A stretch of 64,000 nucleotides of DNA from Thraustochytrium aureum (lineage: Eukaryota). Each line of letters starts with the position of its first letter. The stretch's first letter is position 1. Location of the stretch: contig BLSG01000105.1 in the NCBI GenBank assembly GCA_012862495.1, positions 113,826-177,825 of the forward strand. Direction: 5' to 3'. The notes under the pieces were generated by a model that saw only the letters and a list, made by a program, of their open reading frames with translations, did not search any database and was not told the DNA's origin. Shown piece by piece: positions 44,851-57,533 of the stretch. The translations under genes and the position numbers were made by a program.

Positions 44851-45407
44851 NNNNNNNNNNNNNNNNNNNNNNNNNNNNNNNNNNNNNNNNNNNNNNNNNN
44901 NNNNNNNNNNNNNNNNNNNNNNNNNNNNNNNNNNNNNNNNNNNNNNNNNNNNNNNNNNNNNNNNNNNNNNNNNNNNNNNNNNNNNNNNNNNNNNNNNNNN
45001 NNNNNNNNNNNNNNNNNNNNNNNNNNNNNNNNNNNNNNNNNNNNNNNNNNNNNNNNNNNNNNNNNNNNNNNNNNNNNNNNNNNNNNNNNNNNNNNNNNNN
45101 NNNNNNNNNNNNNNNNNNNNNNNNNNNNNNNNNNNNNNNNNNNNNNNNNNNNNNNNNNNNNNNNNNNNNNNNNNNNNNNNNNNNNNNNNNNNNNNNNNNN
45201 NNNNNNNNNNNNNNNNNNNNNNNNNNNNNNNNNNNNNNNNNNNNNNNNNNNNNNNNNNNNNNNNNNNNNNNNNNNNNNNNNNNNNNNNNNNNNNNNNNNN
45301 NNNNNNNNNNNNNNNNNNNNNNNNNNNNNNNNNNNNNNNNNNNNNNNNNNNNNNNNNGAGCGGGCGGGCGGGCGGACGGGCGGACGCGCGACGGCCGGCG
45401 GGGAGCG

Positions 45408-48113
45408 ATGAACGTGCTGTGCGCGGCCGTGTACTCGGTCGCGGAGGGGGAGCAGCAAGCGCAGCGCGGTGGCGAAGAAAACGCTGCAACGGGAGCGGCC
45501 GGAAACGAGGAGCTTGGACAGAGCAGCGAGGCCCCAAGGGTCGCCAGGGCAGAGGACATGACTGCAGGGGAGGGCAGTCACGCAGGAAGGGAGGGCGCAG
45601 TTGAGCAGAATGCAGAAGCACCACCATCGACTGACTGTGCAACCACCGCAAAGGACGAGACAAACCGCGCCGGTGAAGCAGAAAACGATTTGAACGAGCA
45701 GGACGCCAGCAACGGCCACGCTTTCACGGACGAAGGCGTGCCGGCCTCGTTGAGCCAGCAGGCCGGGTTGCCGCGTGAATATGCGGCCGCCTCGCCGATT
45801 CGACTCGACCTGCCCCAGCACCACCCGAACCTCCCACGCCAAGGCGGCACTGCCTCCGATCAAGAAGATATTCGTCTAGCTGCGAGCGGCGAGGCCGCGG
45901 CGCCGCGCTCAGGGCTCCCACTGCTGGGCGAGCTCCAAACGTTGGGAGCGGGTCACATCACGCACGAGTCTTTGCGCGCAATGCAGTTCTTCCAACAGCA
46001 ACAGCTGCTGCTGCAGCGCCAGCAGTACCAGCAGGTAGCGAACGCTGAGCGAGGCCACCTCGGGCCGGCCTCGCGCCCGCATATCGCGGCGCGGGGCTCA
46101 ACAGCGCCAAGCACAAGCCTGCAAAACGGTGCTATGCGAAACGCTGGCAGAAGTCTCGCAACGCTTGTCAGCGCCACAAAGGATTTGGCTCGAGGCAATG
46201 GGCTGGTCAATGGGGCCTTGCGACGCGGTTCCTTCGAAGCGGCCATGCAGGGCCATGGTCCTGCTGGGTTCTTGCTTCAGCAGCAGCAGCAGGAGCAGCA
46301 GAGGCAGTTTCAAAGCATGTATGCAAGTCCAGGTCAGAGCCTTGCGCACATGGCTCAAGCGCGGCCTCCCGCTTTTGGCATGTTCCACGACGCGCTTTCC
46401 ACGCTTGCGACCGGCTCGAATGCCGTTGGCGGCCCGGGGCGTGCCGGCACCGTCGACTACTCAAATCCGGTCGCCGCGCCAATCGGCAGCGCTGCAAAGC
46501 CCAAGGCTGCCAGACCCCGCGCGCCGGGGAAGCCGAAAGCCGTCAAACCGAAACGGGCCCCCAAAGGCTCGGGCCCAAAAGCCAACAAGGGCCTCGCGAC
46601 GAACGCAGAGCCGGCCGAGCAAGGCGGGGTAAGAGTAAAGCAGGAGCCCTTCGCCGAGGAGGGCGCTGGCACGATCAAACTTGAGCCAGGCCTTGATGGC
46701 GAGCCAGGGAGCGCGCAGAGCGCGCCAGGCACTGCGGAGGAGCCCAAGCTAGTTCTCACGCGCAAACGGCACAACTTTTGCAAAGACTCGTGGCGGCGCC
46801 CGCGGTGCAAGTTCGAGGGGTGCGACCGGCTCGATCAAGGGAGTGGCACCTGCGTCCTGCACGGCGGTGGCCAGCGATGCGAGTGGGACGGGTGTGCCAA
46901 GCTTGCACGGCTCGGCTCGCGGTGTGTTGAGCACCGCGATCGGAGGTGCGAGCCAGCTTTGAAACGAAGGTTCAACGAGCTCGCAGGCTGCAGCACAGAG
47001 GATGCACCAGACATGTCTGGGACTGCGACAGCACCGCCGGCGGAGTGTGCCCGCCACCCGCAAAACGTCCCGGAAATGTGCCTTCTCGCCACCCCTCCGC
47101 CAGAAAAGCCGCACGCAAAGGATGAGCAAGTCCCGTGGTCCGCGGCCAACCAAGTTGGGGTTGTTCCGCAGATCACGTTCTCTGAGCTCAGCCGCGTTTT
47201 GTCCAGGCCAGCGGAGGAATCTCAGCACGGGCCCCCGAACGCCCCGGCCGTGCCGGAGGACGAGCCGAATGTCTCGGACCTTGCTGGGAAGGTGCCGACT
47301 CACGATGTTCACGTTGATCGCGCCATTGCGTGGGTCGTTGGCCGCCTGCGCGCGCAAGGGGTCCCTGCGGCGGTCTCCGCCGAGGAGCAGGCGCAGCGCC
47401 CGCGCGTCTGGATGGGCAAGCGAGACGTCAATGCCATGCACGTCGCATACAAGCGCGTCATCAGCAAGGGGATCCAGTACGCTTCCGACCGGATCACCAC
47501 CGGTATGGTGGAGGCTGTCGCGACCGACGAGGAGCTTTTGACGCTGGCGCAAGGTTGGATCAAGCCGGCGCCGACCTCGAGCAAGGCCAAAAAGCGATTG
47601 CTCGCGCCGGGGTCGGGGGCCAGGTTTGGCAGTCTCGCAGAGGTGCTGAAAACGTACGTGCCGCCTCTCGAGCCGTACGTGCACTCGATGCCGCCAGAGG
47701 ACTATTTCTGGCTGTTTCGCGACCTGCTCTCTGGGGTGACGCGGAACGAGTGGGTCAAGGCCATCCGGGACCGCAACACGGCCTACCCCTTGACGCTTCG
47801 GATCACCGACTACAAGTCTCTGCGCAAGGCGGTGGGCCTTGGTGCTTGCCGCATCAAGCTCTCGACGCACAACTATGTCCTCACCGCGCTGCCCTTCGTC
47901 ATCACCTACTCGTGGGAGACCCGCGAGGCGCGCTTTCGATTTGAGGCCAAGCGCGTGGGCTACAACGGGCTCCCCAAAGACCTGCTGAAGCTCTTGCCCG
48001 CCAACACGACCATCCCGACGGCCAAGGCCAAGCCGGAGGACGCCCCTGGGGCCGCGCCTCAGGCCTCGGCCAAGTCGGCTGCTTCGCGCCGCAAGAAGCA
48101 GCGCACAAAGTAG
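45408..48113 (+). CDS. Large low-complexity nuclear protein with WRKY19-like Cys/His (C-x4-C...C-x2-HGGG) repeats
   Basis: RCKFEGCDRLDQGSGTCVLHGGGQRCEWDGCAKLARLGSRCVEH at about 46800-46935, Q-rich tracts and C-terminal RRKKQRTK. Confidence 0.75.
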   Translation: MNVLCAAVYSVAEGEQQAQRGGEENAATGAAGNEELGQSSEAPRVARAEDMTAGEGSHAGREGAVEQNAEAPPSTDCATTAKDETNRAGEAENDLNEQDASNGHAFTDEGVPASLSQQAGLPREYAAASPIRLDLPQHHPNLPRQGGTASDQEDIRLAASGEAAAPRSGLPLLGELQTLGAGHITHESLRAMQFFQQQQLLLQRQQYQQVANAERGHLGPASRPHIAARGSTAPSTSLQNGAMRNAGRSLATLVSATKDLARGNGLVNGALRRGSFEAAMQGHGPAGFLLQQQQQEQQRQFQSMYASPGQSLAHMAQARPPAFGMFHDALSTLATGSNAVGGPGRAGTVDYSNPVAAPIGSAAKPKAARPRAPGKPKAVKPKRAPKGSGPKANKGLATNAEPAEQGGVRVKQEPFAEEGAGTIKLEPGLDGEPGSAQSAPGTAEEPKLVLTRKRHNFCKDSWRRPRCKFEGCDRLDQGSGTCVLHGGGQRCEWDGCAKLARLGSRCVEHRDRRCEPALKRRFNELAGCSTEDAPDMSGTATAPPAECARHPQNVPEMCLLATPPPEKPHAKDEQVPWSAANQVGVVPQITFSELSRVLSRPAEESQHGPPNAPAVPEDEPNVSDLAGKVPTHDVHVDRAIAWVVGRLRAQGVPAAVSAEEQAQRPRVWMGKRDVNAMHVAYKRVISKGIQYASDRITTGMVEAVATDEELLTLAQGWIKPAPTSSKAKKRLLAPGSGARFGSLAEVLKTYVPPLEPYVHSMPPEDYFWLFRDLLSGVTRNEWVKAIRDRNTAYPLTLRITDYKSLRKAVGLGACRIKLSTHNYVLTALPFVITYSWETREARFRFEAKRVGYNGLPKDLLKLLPANTTIPTAKAKPEDAPGAAPQASAKSAASRRKKQRTK

Positions 48114-49368
48114 CGCGCTGCGAACCAACTAACCCCAACCAACGAACCAACCAACGAGTGTGCCTTCCGTGCCGCGCCGGGTCTGTGCGAACGCTGCATG
48201 CATACGCGAGTGTTGTCGTCGAGCGCGCTTTCGATTGGGCCTCGACTGCCTCGTTCTTTCGATGCAAGTCCTTGGATCCCGCTGTTTCGACGCGGCGCCG
48301 CTGCTGGCAGAGCGTGCTTGCTGCCTTGGCCACCACTCGCCTGTCGCGTCATGTGGAGCTCGCAACGCAGCATCCTCGGCGTCCGCAAAGGGCCTTGTCC
48401 AAAATCGTCCTTGTACAACTCTGACAGACCGAGCAGAGCACCCATGCATCCGGTGGCGCTCGCTGTGTAGGTAGGTACTCCAGAAGAGTCGGGTACTTCG
48501 ACTTGGACGGCCAACGCCAGCGCCCATCATGTCACCAGCAAGGACGATTGTCATCAGGAGCAAAAACGTGGTAGTACCGACATAGGTAGGTACTCACTCC
48601 GGCCCACGCCACATCGGCCAGGCCAGAGAGATGACAGGCCCGAGAAGCCCGAGACACGCTCGCTGGAACTCCACCACGCACGCCGGCCCTCCACGGCAAA
48701 TCCCAGTCCCCGGCAACCTGCGCCGCCGCGGACCGCTTCGCGTCGGACTCGGCCGAGAGGCAGCTCCATCGAAAGTGCCACAGAGTAGGTATCGAAACAA
48801 CAAAAACCGCGGTCGCGCTGCCAGCCTGAGAGAGCACTTGCCCGCATACACCTGGCCCAGCCTCGCATTCCTCCCCTCTCGCAGCCCCCGGTTCCTTTGT
48901 TCGCTGCAGAGGGCGGCGCCTGTTCGCTGGTTTTGTTTGCTTGCATTCCATTGCGGTTTGCTTACTTACGAGGAAAGGGGAAGGAGCCGAGCCTCTGGAG
49001 AGGAGGACGAGGAGGACGAGGAGGAGGGCAGACCGCCATCGCGGAGTGGAGCAGGCTCGCGAGCGCGCGGGGCGCCGCGGGTGCAAGCGGAGGTGAGCGG
49101 AGGAGGTGAGCGGAGCTGCTGCTGCGGTGGGCGGCCTGCTCCCGAGGCGCGCAGGTCTGCCGCGCAGGCCGGCTTGCCGTGGTCCTCGCGGCTCGCGCCC
49201 GCCTGGTTTGGGCGGCTCCAGGTCGAGCGCGCACGGAAGTGGAAACGAGCCTGCACAAGGACGGCGCGCCGACGCTGGTGAAGGAGCGAAGGCCAGCGGG
49301 TCTGGCCAGGGGATACGGTACGGCTGCGGCTCTGGCCGTGGCCGGGCCACGGAAAACCGGGCCGAAGG

Positions 49369-52300
49369 ATGCTGCCCGTGTTCGTCGCGGCGGGAGACGG
49401 GAATAGGCGACCGGCGACGGCGCGCGGCGGGCCTGCGGAGGAGCACGACGCCGATGAGCGCGCTAGTGAGAGCGGCGGAAGCGTGGTCGTGGCCGCGCTG
49501 GAGCAGGGGCCAGATGGGGCCTCGCACCTGGCGTCGGTGTATGCAACGACGGAAGGCGGCACCATGGCCGAAGACCAAGCGCTGGTGAACTCGTACTACC
49601 ACGGGCACTTTGGGTTCGGGCAGTACTACATGTTCTTCCCAGTGACAGCGCTGGGCTGCTTTGGGCGGCGAGGGCGCGTTCGCGGGCTGTGCATCTCCCT
49701 TGTGCGGAAAACGTGGTTTGACCTGTTGGTCCTCATGCTGATTCTGGTAAACTCGGCCATGATGGCCGCGTATGACCCTGTCGACGAGCGCCTGGGCATC
49801 ACGTCGGGCGTGAACTTGGCCATCTTCAAGTCTGAGTGGGGCTTTCAGATCGCCTTCACGCTCGAGGCGCTCATCAAGGTGATGGCGCTCGGGCTCCTCT
49901 CGCGCCCCTCGGGCTATTTGCGCGACGGCTGGAACCTCCTCGACCTCGTCATCGTGATTGCCGGCTGGGTGCCGCTCATCACAGTCGTGGCGCAGGACGG
50001 CGACCACCCAGAAGGCGCAGCTGGCTCGACGATCGCCATCATGCGCTTTGCGCGCATCCTCCGCCCGCTGCGAGCCCTGCACATCTTCCCTTCGCTCAAG
50101 AACCTGGTCCGGGCAATTCTAAGCGCGGCCTCGCAGGTAGCTGAGGTCCTGCTGCTGTGCCTGTCGATTCTCATCGTGTTCGCCCTGGTCGGGCTCACCC
50201 TTTTCAAGGGCAAGCTCCGCCAGCACTGCGGCGTCTTCAACGCGACTGCGAGCGAATGGCTCATCCCCGAGGACGAGCTTGAGGTGTTTTGCAGCATGAG
50301 CCCCGGCGCCTATGGCCGGGCCTGCCCGCCAGGGCTGACGTGCATCGCGGCGGGCTTCAACCCTTCGAACGGGCTGCTCGGGTTTGACAACTTTGCACTT
50401 TCGCTGCTCACGGTGTTCCAGATCATCACTTTGGAAGGGTGGTCTGGCGTCATGTATGCGGTTTTCGACACGTCGCACTCGGTGTACGGCGTCTACTTTG
50501 TCCTGCTGATCCTCTTCGGGGCCTATTTTATGACCAACCTGCTCGTCTCGGCGCTCAGCGTCAACTACATGCTCGTTCGCCAGCGCGTCGAGGAGGAGCG
50601 CGCGCTCGAGGGCGAGTCCGCCTCGTACATAGACGTGCTCGTAAAGCACCAAGAGGCCAAGAGCGACACCCTGGGCGGGTTCCTCGCGCTCCCCGCAGAC
50701 CAGCAGGTACGCCTTATGGAGATGCGCCTCATGTACGAGTACGAAAAGCACGAGGCCGACGCCTCCTACGCCGTCGTCTCGCGTGCAATGTACGAAGCGT
50801 ACAGCGCTCGCAACCAAGAGGCGTACCAAAAGTGGCGAAGGCGGTTTGTGCGCCGCGACGCGCGTCGCAGCCGCCGCAAGGCCAACGCAGAGCTCGTCAA
50901 GAAGAAGCTTCTTCAGGTCGCCAACGCGGCGGCCGCAGCAGCTGACCAGCAGCCCGCATCGCCGGGGTCCCCGCCGGGCGACTGGCGGCCGCGCTCAGAG
51001 TCTGGCGGGTTTCAGGACCCTGCCGTCTCGCTGCACGAGCTGTACAGCCAAATGCCTGTCCGGCGGCGCCGCCGCAGCTCGCTCGACTCGAACGCATCGA
51101 CGACAAGCTCGGTGTACCACGAGGTCGCGTTGGAGGAGGAGAGCTTTGGCGAGGTAGACGACGCCGCCGAGCCTGCAGCAAAGCTAGAAACGCCCCAGCC
51201 GATCGGCCAGGCCTTGCCCGCCGCCGCTCCTACCGAGGCAGCTCTTGCCGAGGCCGCCCTTTCCGAGGCAGGCAGCCTCNNNNNNNNNNNNNNNNNNNNN
51301 NNNNNNNNNNNNNNNNNNNNNNNNNNNNNNNNNNNNNNNNNNNNNNNNNNNNNNNNNNNNNNNNNNNNNNNNNNNNNNNNNNNNNNNNNNNNNNNNNNNN
51401 NNNNNNNNNNNNNNNNNNNNNNNNNNNNNNNNNNNNNNNNNNNNNNNNNNNNNNNNNNNNNNNNNNNNNNNNNNNNNNNNNNNNNNNNNNNNNNNNNNNN
51501 NNNNNNNNNNNNNNNNNNNNNNNNNNNNNNNNNNNNNNNNNNNNNNNNNNNNNNNNNNNNNNNNNNNNNNNNNNNNNNNNNNNNNNNNNNNNNNNNNNNN
51601 NNNNNNNNNNNNNNNNNNNNNNNNNNNNNNNNNNNNNNNNNNNNNNNNNNNNNNNNNNNNNNNNNNNNNNNNNNNNNNNNNNNNNNNNNNNNNNNNNNNN
51701 NNNNNNNNNNNNNNNNNNNNNNNNNNNNNNNNNNNNNNNNNNNNNNNNNNNNNNNNNNNNNNNNNNNNNNNNNNNNNNNNNNNNNNNNNNNNNNNNNNNN
51801 NNNNNNNNNNNNNNNNNNNNNNNNNNNNNNNNNNNNNNNNNNNNNNNNNNNNNNNNNNNNNNNTCCAGCACCCATAGATGCAGGGAAAATACAGAGCTTG
51901 CGCAAGAGCGCCCAAGCAGTCGCCACGGACGGTTCGAGCGACACCAGCTCGGCGGACGGGGACAGCCCCACTTGCCCCGCCAATGGCGCAACTCACGCTC
52001 CACGGAGTTGCGCGGCCGCAGAGAATGCAGCGACGCCCGGGATCCGGGCTGCCGTCGAACCGGCTAGCGGCGTCGAGTCGGCGCTTTTCAGCGACCTCGA
52101 GGGCCCGCAGCCCCCCGCCACGGCCTCGACAACAGCATCCACCGAGCAGCGGTCAGAGTCGTCGCTCCCTTGGCGGCCCCTGTGCCTTTTTCCGAACTCG
52201 AACGAGGGACGGCCGCCCAGCTCCCGCGCGGCGGTTCGCGCCGCGACATCTCGCTTCAAAACCTTTTGGAGCGCAAGACGCGCAAGAGGTACAACCTGAC

Positions 52301-55082
52301 CGCTGACGAAGTGGCGGCGCTCGAGCCGTTCAGGCACTCGTCGCTCGTCGTCTTCCCCGCGGGTTACTGGGCGCGGATCCGGGTCGGGGTGCTCATTTTC
52401 TGGACCTGGTTTGACACGTTCATCATCGCCGTCATCTTCTGGAGTTGCATCTTGCTCGCGCTGGAGAGCCCTGTGCGCCAAATCGTCGATCCTGTCGTCA
52501 TGCACAACATGAACATCGCGATCTCGGTCATCTTTGCCCTCGAGCTCTTGTTGAAGGTTTTCGCTCTGGGCCTCATCCGCCATCCGGGCGCCTACTTGCG
52601 GAGCAACTGGAACATCCTGGACGCTGCCATTGTGGTGATTGGGATCATCGACGTCTCGCTTGTCGGGAGCTCGGCGCACGGCGTGGCGGTGATGCGGTCC
52701 CTGCGCGCTCTCCGCCCGCTCCGCGCGGTCCAAAAGTTCGAGGGCCTGCGCATCATCGTCGCCTCGTTCGCCAAGGCGCTCTGGCCGTGTCTTCAAGTGA
52801 TCACCCTGTCCCTGGTCTTTTACGCGACGTTTTCGATCATTTTTCTCACCTCGTTCCTTGGCGAGATGCACGCCTGCTTTGAGTGCGAGAGCATGGTGCC
52901 GGCCGGGATCGACGCACAGTGCGTGCGCCACTACAGGAACCCGTCAGCCCCGAACTGCATGGCGTTTCCGAGCTACGGGGTCGAGTGCCCCGCCGCGTTC
53001 ACGTGCGCAGGTCGGGCGAGTAACACCACCGAGTGGCGCTGGCTCAACCCCAGCTACGGCAGCCTGACGTCGCGGAGCGCCGAGTCGGTGTCGTACAGCT
53101 TTGACTCGTTCAGCCAGTCCTGGCTGACCCTCTTTGAGATCTCAACGGTGGAGATGTGGATGGAGCCAATGTACATGATCTCGGACGCAGTGGGAATTGG
53201 GCGCGAGCCAGTGCGCGGCAGCAACGACGCCTCGTCGCTCGTGTTTGTGCTCTTCGTGTTTGTCTTGCAGTACTTTGTGCTGCAGATCTTCGTTGCTGTG
53301 CTGATAAACACGTACCTCGACTCGTCCAGCGAGGAGTCGGGCGACGCCTTTATGACCGCGCAGCAGCGACAGTGGGTCGAGTTCAACCGGCGAGCACTGA
53401 TGCGCCGCTACAAGAGCCATCCGCAGCTCCTGGTGCCGCGCAGCGGCCTGCAGCGGCGCGCGTTCCACCTCTGCACCAACTCGTGGTTCAAGTGGTCCAT
53501 CTACGGCGTGATTTGCGCCAACACGCTCTGGCTCATGACCGAGCACTACGGGGCCTCGGAGGGCTTCGAGATGGCCTTCAAGGTCATGGAGACGTTGTTT
53601 GGGGTCATCTACCTTGTGGAGGCGATCATCAAAATTTTGGGCTACGGGATGCGCGGCTACCTGAAGAGCAAGACCAACGTGTTTGATTTCGCCATCGTGG
53701 TTGCGGTGGTCGTCAACTGGGTCTTCTGGGCGATGCCTAGCACCGAGGAGAACGACGCGTTGCGGGCCATCGAGGCGCTCCGCGTGCTCCGCGTGTTTCG
53801 CCTTTTCAAGCTCGTGCCGCCGCTCAAGACGCTGCTATCGACGCTCATATTGACCCTGTTCCCCCTGCTCAACATCCTGGGGCTCATCATGGTGGTGTTT
53901 TTCATCTACGCAGTCCTCGGGGTGAGCGCGTTCGGGGGCCTGCCGAATTACGAGCTGGACGACCTCGAGTTCCTCGGCGACCACGTCAACTTTGACACGT
54001 TTGGGAACGCGTTTTACACCTTGTTCGCCATGAGCACCGGCGAGTCGTGGAACGGGATCAGCCGCGAGCTCTCGCGCTACTCGCCCTTCGCGATCGCGTA
54101 CTGCCTCAGCTTTATCATCCTCGTGACGCTCATCATGCTCAACTTGTTTGTGGCCGTAATCCTCACCAACTACACGGTCCAGTTCGAGCGGAACCAGCGC
54201 CCCGGCGGCGTGAAAAAGCACCTCGACGAAAACTCTTTCCGGGACTACAACAAGGTCTGGAACGAGCTGTACCTCGAGTACGTGCAGGACATGCAGGCGC
54301 TGGTCGCCAGCCGGCGCAAAGAGCACATCGCGACCCCCTCGCCAGCCACGGCCCCAGCGCTGCGCAAGGCGCAAATCGCGCTCCAGGAGGCCCTCGACGA
54401 CCCACAGCGCCTTCCCGCCGACCAGTTCCCGCGCCTCGTTCTCAAGCTCAAGGCGCCCCTTGGCTTTCGCAAGCGCTCGCTCAAGTCGGGGGTGCGGTTC
54501 ACGCACGCGCACGTGATGAAGTTTGTCAAAGACCACACCATCCCGATCCACGATGGCAGGATCGCGTTTTACTCCACCCTGCGTGCCCTGATCGACATCA
54601 ACCTGCTTCAGGGCGAGGTCCCTAACGAGGTCGAGAGCTTTCTCAACATTAAGCTAGCCTCCAACTTGCGCGAAAAGCTTGGCAGTGGGCTCGCAGAGTG
54701 TGAGGATGAGACTGTGGCGCAGGTCATTGCTCGGGACCAGATTGTGGAGCTTATCCGCGGGTACATTCTGCGGTGGCGCTTGCGGCGTCTCAAGCGGCAC
54801 GGCGCGAGCGACAACACCATTCGCCGCTTTGTCGAAGAACATACCGCCCGCTCCAGGCAAGCTGAGCTTGACCGAAAGCGCGGCGGACAATTTTCTCACC
54901 TGGTGGAAGCCGTTTCGGGCGACGCGCAGAACCAGCTCGGTGAGGCCACGAGCATCGGGCGGAAGCTTGTCGGGCATCGCCCTGGGCAAGTGGGCCGCAA
55001 TGGCAGCGACGGGAACCCCCGGACAAGCGGGGAGAGCGCGAACCAGCAGCCGCCCATTTTGCTTGACCTCGCCCTGGTGTGA
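49369..55082 (+). CDS. Voltage-gated Ca2+/Na+ channel alpha subunit-like (gap 51280-51863; frameshift near 52170-52290)
   Basis: Three 6TM repeats with S4 segments RFARILRPLRAL, RSLRALRPLRAV and ALRVLRVFRLFK. Pore loops TLEGW, TVEMW and TGESWN. III-IV linker FMTAQQRQW. Confidence 0.88.
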
Positions 55083-55189
55083 TCCAGTGCGCGCATCGGC
55101 CCAGCGCCTGAAGGCGAACCAGCAGCCGCCCATTTTGCTCGCCCCTGGCCTCGCCCTGGTGTGATCCAGTGCGCGCATCGGCCCAGCGC
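55038..55189. repeat. ~70-76 bp tandem duplication spanning the channel stop codon
   Basis: gcgaaccagcagccgcccattttgct...ctcgccctggtgtgatccagtgcgcgcatcggcccagcgc occurs at 55038 and 55114. Confidence 0.92.
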
Positions 55190-55428
55190 TCACGGTTTGA
55201 GTAGTAGGATCAAGTGAAAAGCAATTGTGACAATGTGTTTTTGTCTGTGCCAGCGGCGCCGCGCTTGCGGCTCTCGCTTTGTGGACGCGGCCGCTGCACG
55301 CAGAACGGAAGGAGACGACGGCCCGCGTCGGGTCAAACAGTGACGATTTCTTACTACTCGAGCACAGAAGACTGAAGTTCAAGCATCCGGAAGCGGCCGT
55401 CGCGAGCGACCGCGAGCGCTCAACGACA

Positions 55429-57533
55429 TCAAATCGCCTCAGCACGGCGCTCCTCTTGCAGATCCCGGAACTCGCCAACAGGTTTAGGAAACACGCGTTT
55501 GTAGAGGCTCATGCAGATCGTATCGTTGCTCTTGATGGGGCGGCTGAACGAGCACTTGAATAGGCCGTGCGTGCCAAGGGGCTCGAGGATGCGGCCCGAC
55601 ATGCCATGCTTTGTCCAGAGATCAATCGGTTTGAACCAACGGATGTCCTCTGGGTTGTAAAACATGTATCGCACGACAGCCCAAGACTTCTTGACGCGGA
55701 TTGGGAACCCAGAGATGACCACCTTCTTCAGCACGACCCGGTCAGGGTCGATGCTGAGGAGCGACCCGCTGGCGACGAGCTCGCCATCAGTCGGGTCCAA
55801 CAGCAGGGTCGGGACGTTTGTCCCAAAGGTCACCGGGGCGTACATTGTGGCGACGCACCAGCGACTCGCGTGCAGGAAGCGCTCAAACTTGTGCTTGTCG
55901 CAGTTGATTGCGTTGTCCGAATATGTGGGCCGCACGGTGCGGCGCCAAATGCCGCAGCTGAGTACGACCGGGTCGCGCGCTTTGACGGGCTTCTCGTATG
56001 TCTGCGCCTTGGTCACCGTGCAGTTGATCACGGAGAGCTTGTTCTCGTGATCCAGCAGGGCCCCGAGGACGAGCGGCAGTTTGGCCTCCTTCACGGCCTG
56101 CAAGAGTTTGGCGTCAGCCNNNNNNNNNNNNNNNNNNNNNNNNNNNNNNNNNNNNNNNNNNNNNNNNNNNNNNNNNNNNNNNNNNNNNNNNNNNNNNNNN
56201 NNNNNNNNNNNNNNNNNNNNNNNNNNNNNNNNNNNNNNNNNNNNNNNNNNNNNNNNNNNNNNNNNNNNNNNNNNNNNNNNNNNNNNNNNNNNNNNNNNNN
56301 NNNNNNNNNNNNNNNNNNNNNNNNNNNNNNNNNNNNNNNNNNNNNNNNNNNNNNNNNNNNNNNNNNNNNNNNNNNNNNNNNNNNNNNNNNNNNNNNNNNN
56401 NNNNNNNNNNNNNNNNNNNNNNNNNNNNNNNNNNNNNNNNNNNNNNNNNNNNNNNNNNNNNNNNNNNNNNNNNNNNNNNNNNNNNNNNNNNNNNNNNNNN
56501 NNNNNNNGTCCGGGACGTGGATGAGCTGGTGCACGTTGAGAGGGAGGCCGCGCAGGTAGCCGGACACCGCAAGCTCGCCGTTCTGGCGCGGCTCGGCCGA
56601 GCAAGCCAGCATGTATGAACGCTCGGAACGCCACGAGATGTGCTTGAGCCTGGTCTCCATAATCGCGCGGAGGAACTGGGAGTGCGCAAGCGACTTGGCC
56701 CCGGGCTCGCTCTGCGTGCCCGCTGCGCTGTCTGCGTCGACGTCCATAGCGCCCTTGGAGGGACCCGAGGGGTCTTCGTCAACGACCACCTTGGTGCCTT
56801 CGCCAAACTCCTCCCCGAAAAAGTTGACAGCCTGCTTTTTCAGCGAGTTGTGCAGTTTGCGCGGGGCCTGCTCGAGGTTCTGCACGATGCCCACCACGGC
56901 CGGGAGGCCTTGCGCCTTCGCGATTGTGATAAACTTGCGCCCGAGCTCGTCGACCGCGCCCTCGAGGTAGTTCTCCAGGGCGCCAGACCGCTTGCCGCGG
57001 CCGCTGATGCTTCCTGGCGTCTCGGGCAGCCCGAGCGGCAGCACGAAGCACAGCAGATCGGCCACCTTGGCGACATCCAACACGCTGAGCGGGCTGCGAT
57101 CCGCGATCAGGAAGGTTGCGCGAAACTTTTCCTTTGCAAACACCTCCGTGATAGACTCGACGCCGGGCTGCAGCGCGGCCACTTGGTCGCCCAGGAGGGC
57201 TGGGGCGCGGGCGTGCTCGCACAAGTAGACGATGCCGACAGTGCGTGGTGCGCCGCCGATGCTGCCGCCGATGCTACTCCCACCAATGCGGCGCGACTGG
57301 AGCAGCGCCTGTCGCTTGTTCTTGCGGAGCGCGGCAGCGCGAAGAGTCCTCGCGGTGCGATTCAACGCGGCCGCCGACGACCCGCCGGCGTTCGACCGGA
57401 CGGACCCGCTCACGCTCGCAGCATGTCCCACACGGCCTCCGAGCGCCTTGGACACATCGCGCTTCGACCTGAAGTTTTGCTTGTGCCCCTTATTGCTCTG
57501 CTTGAGCCACCCGCTCTCATGTCGGGTCGGCAT
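55429..57533 (-). CDS. TSR1: Pre-rRNA-processing protein TSR1 (gap 56120-56507)
   Basis: LKQSNKGHK, VLDVAKVADL, WRSERSYMLA, VSGYLRG.PL.VHQLIHVP, DKHKFERFL, VVRYMFYNPEDIRWFKPIDL, EPLGTHG, CMSLYKRVFPK. Confidence 0.93.

Noticed and set aside
1430..52300. Programmed frameshifting, RNA editing or mass pseudogenisation to explain frame breaks near 1435, 5430, 8685, 11728, 39805, 43808 and 52200
   Set aside because: Most breaks are fixed by one base in a homopolymer, the flanking motifs are intact and the assembly is gappy. Sequencing error is more parsimonious.
10392..55082. Functional cluster of CNBD K+ channel, voltage-sensor cyclase and Cav-like channel
   Set aside because: The genes are separated by many unrelated housekeeping genes, and these families are often expanded in protists. 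No evidence of co-regulation.
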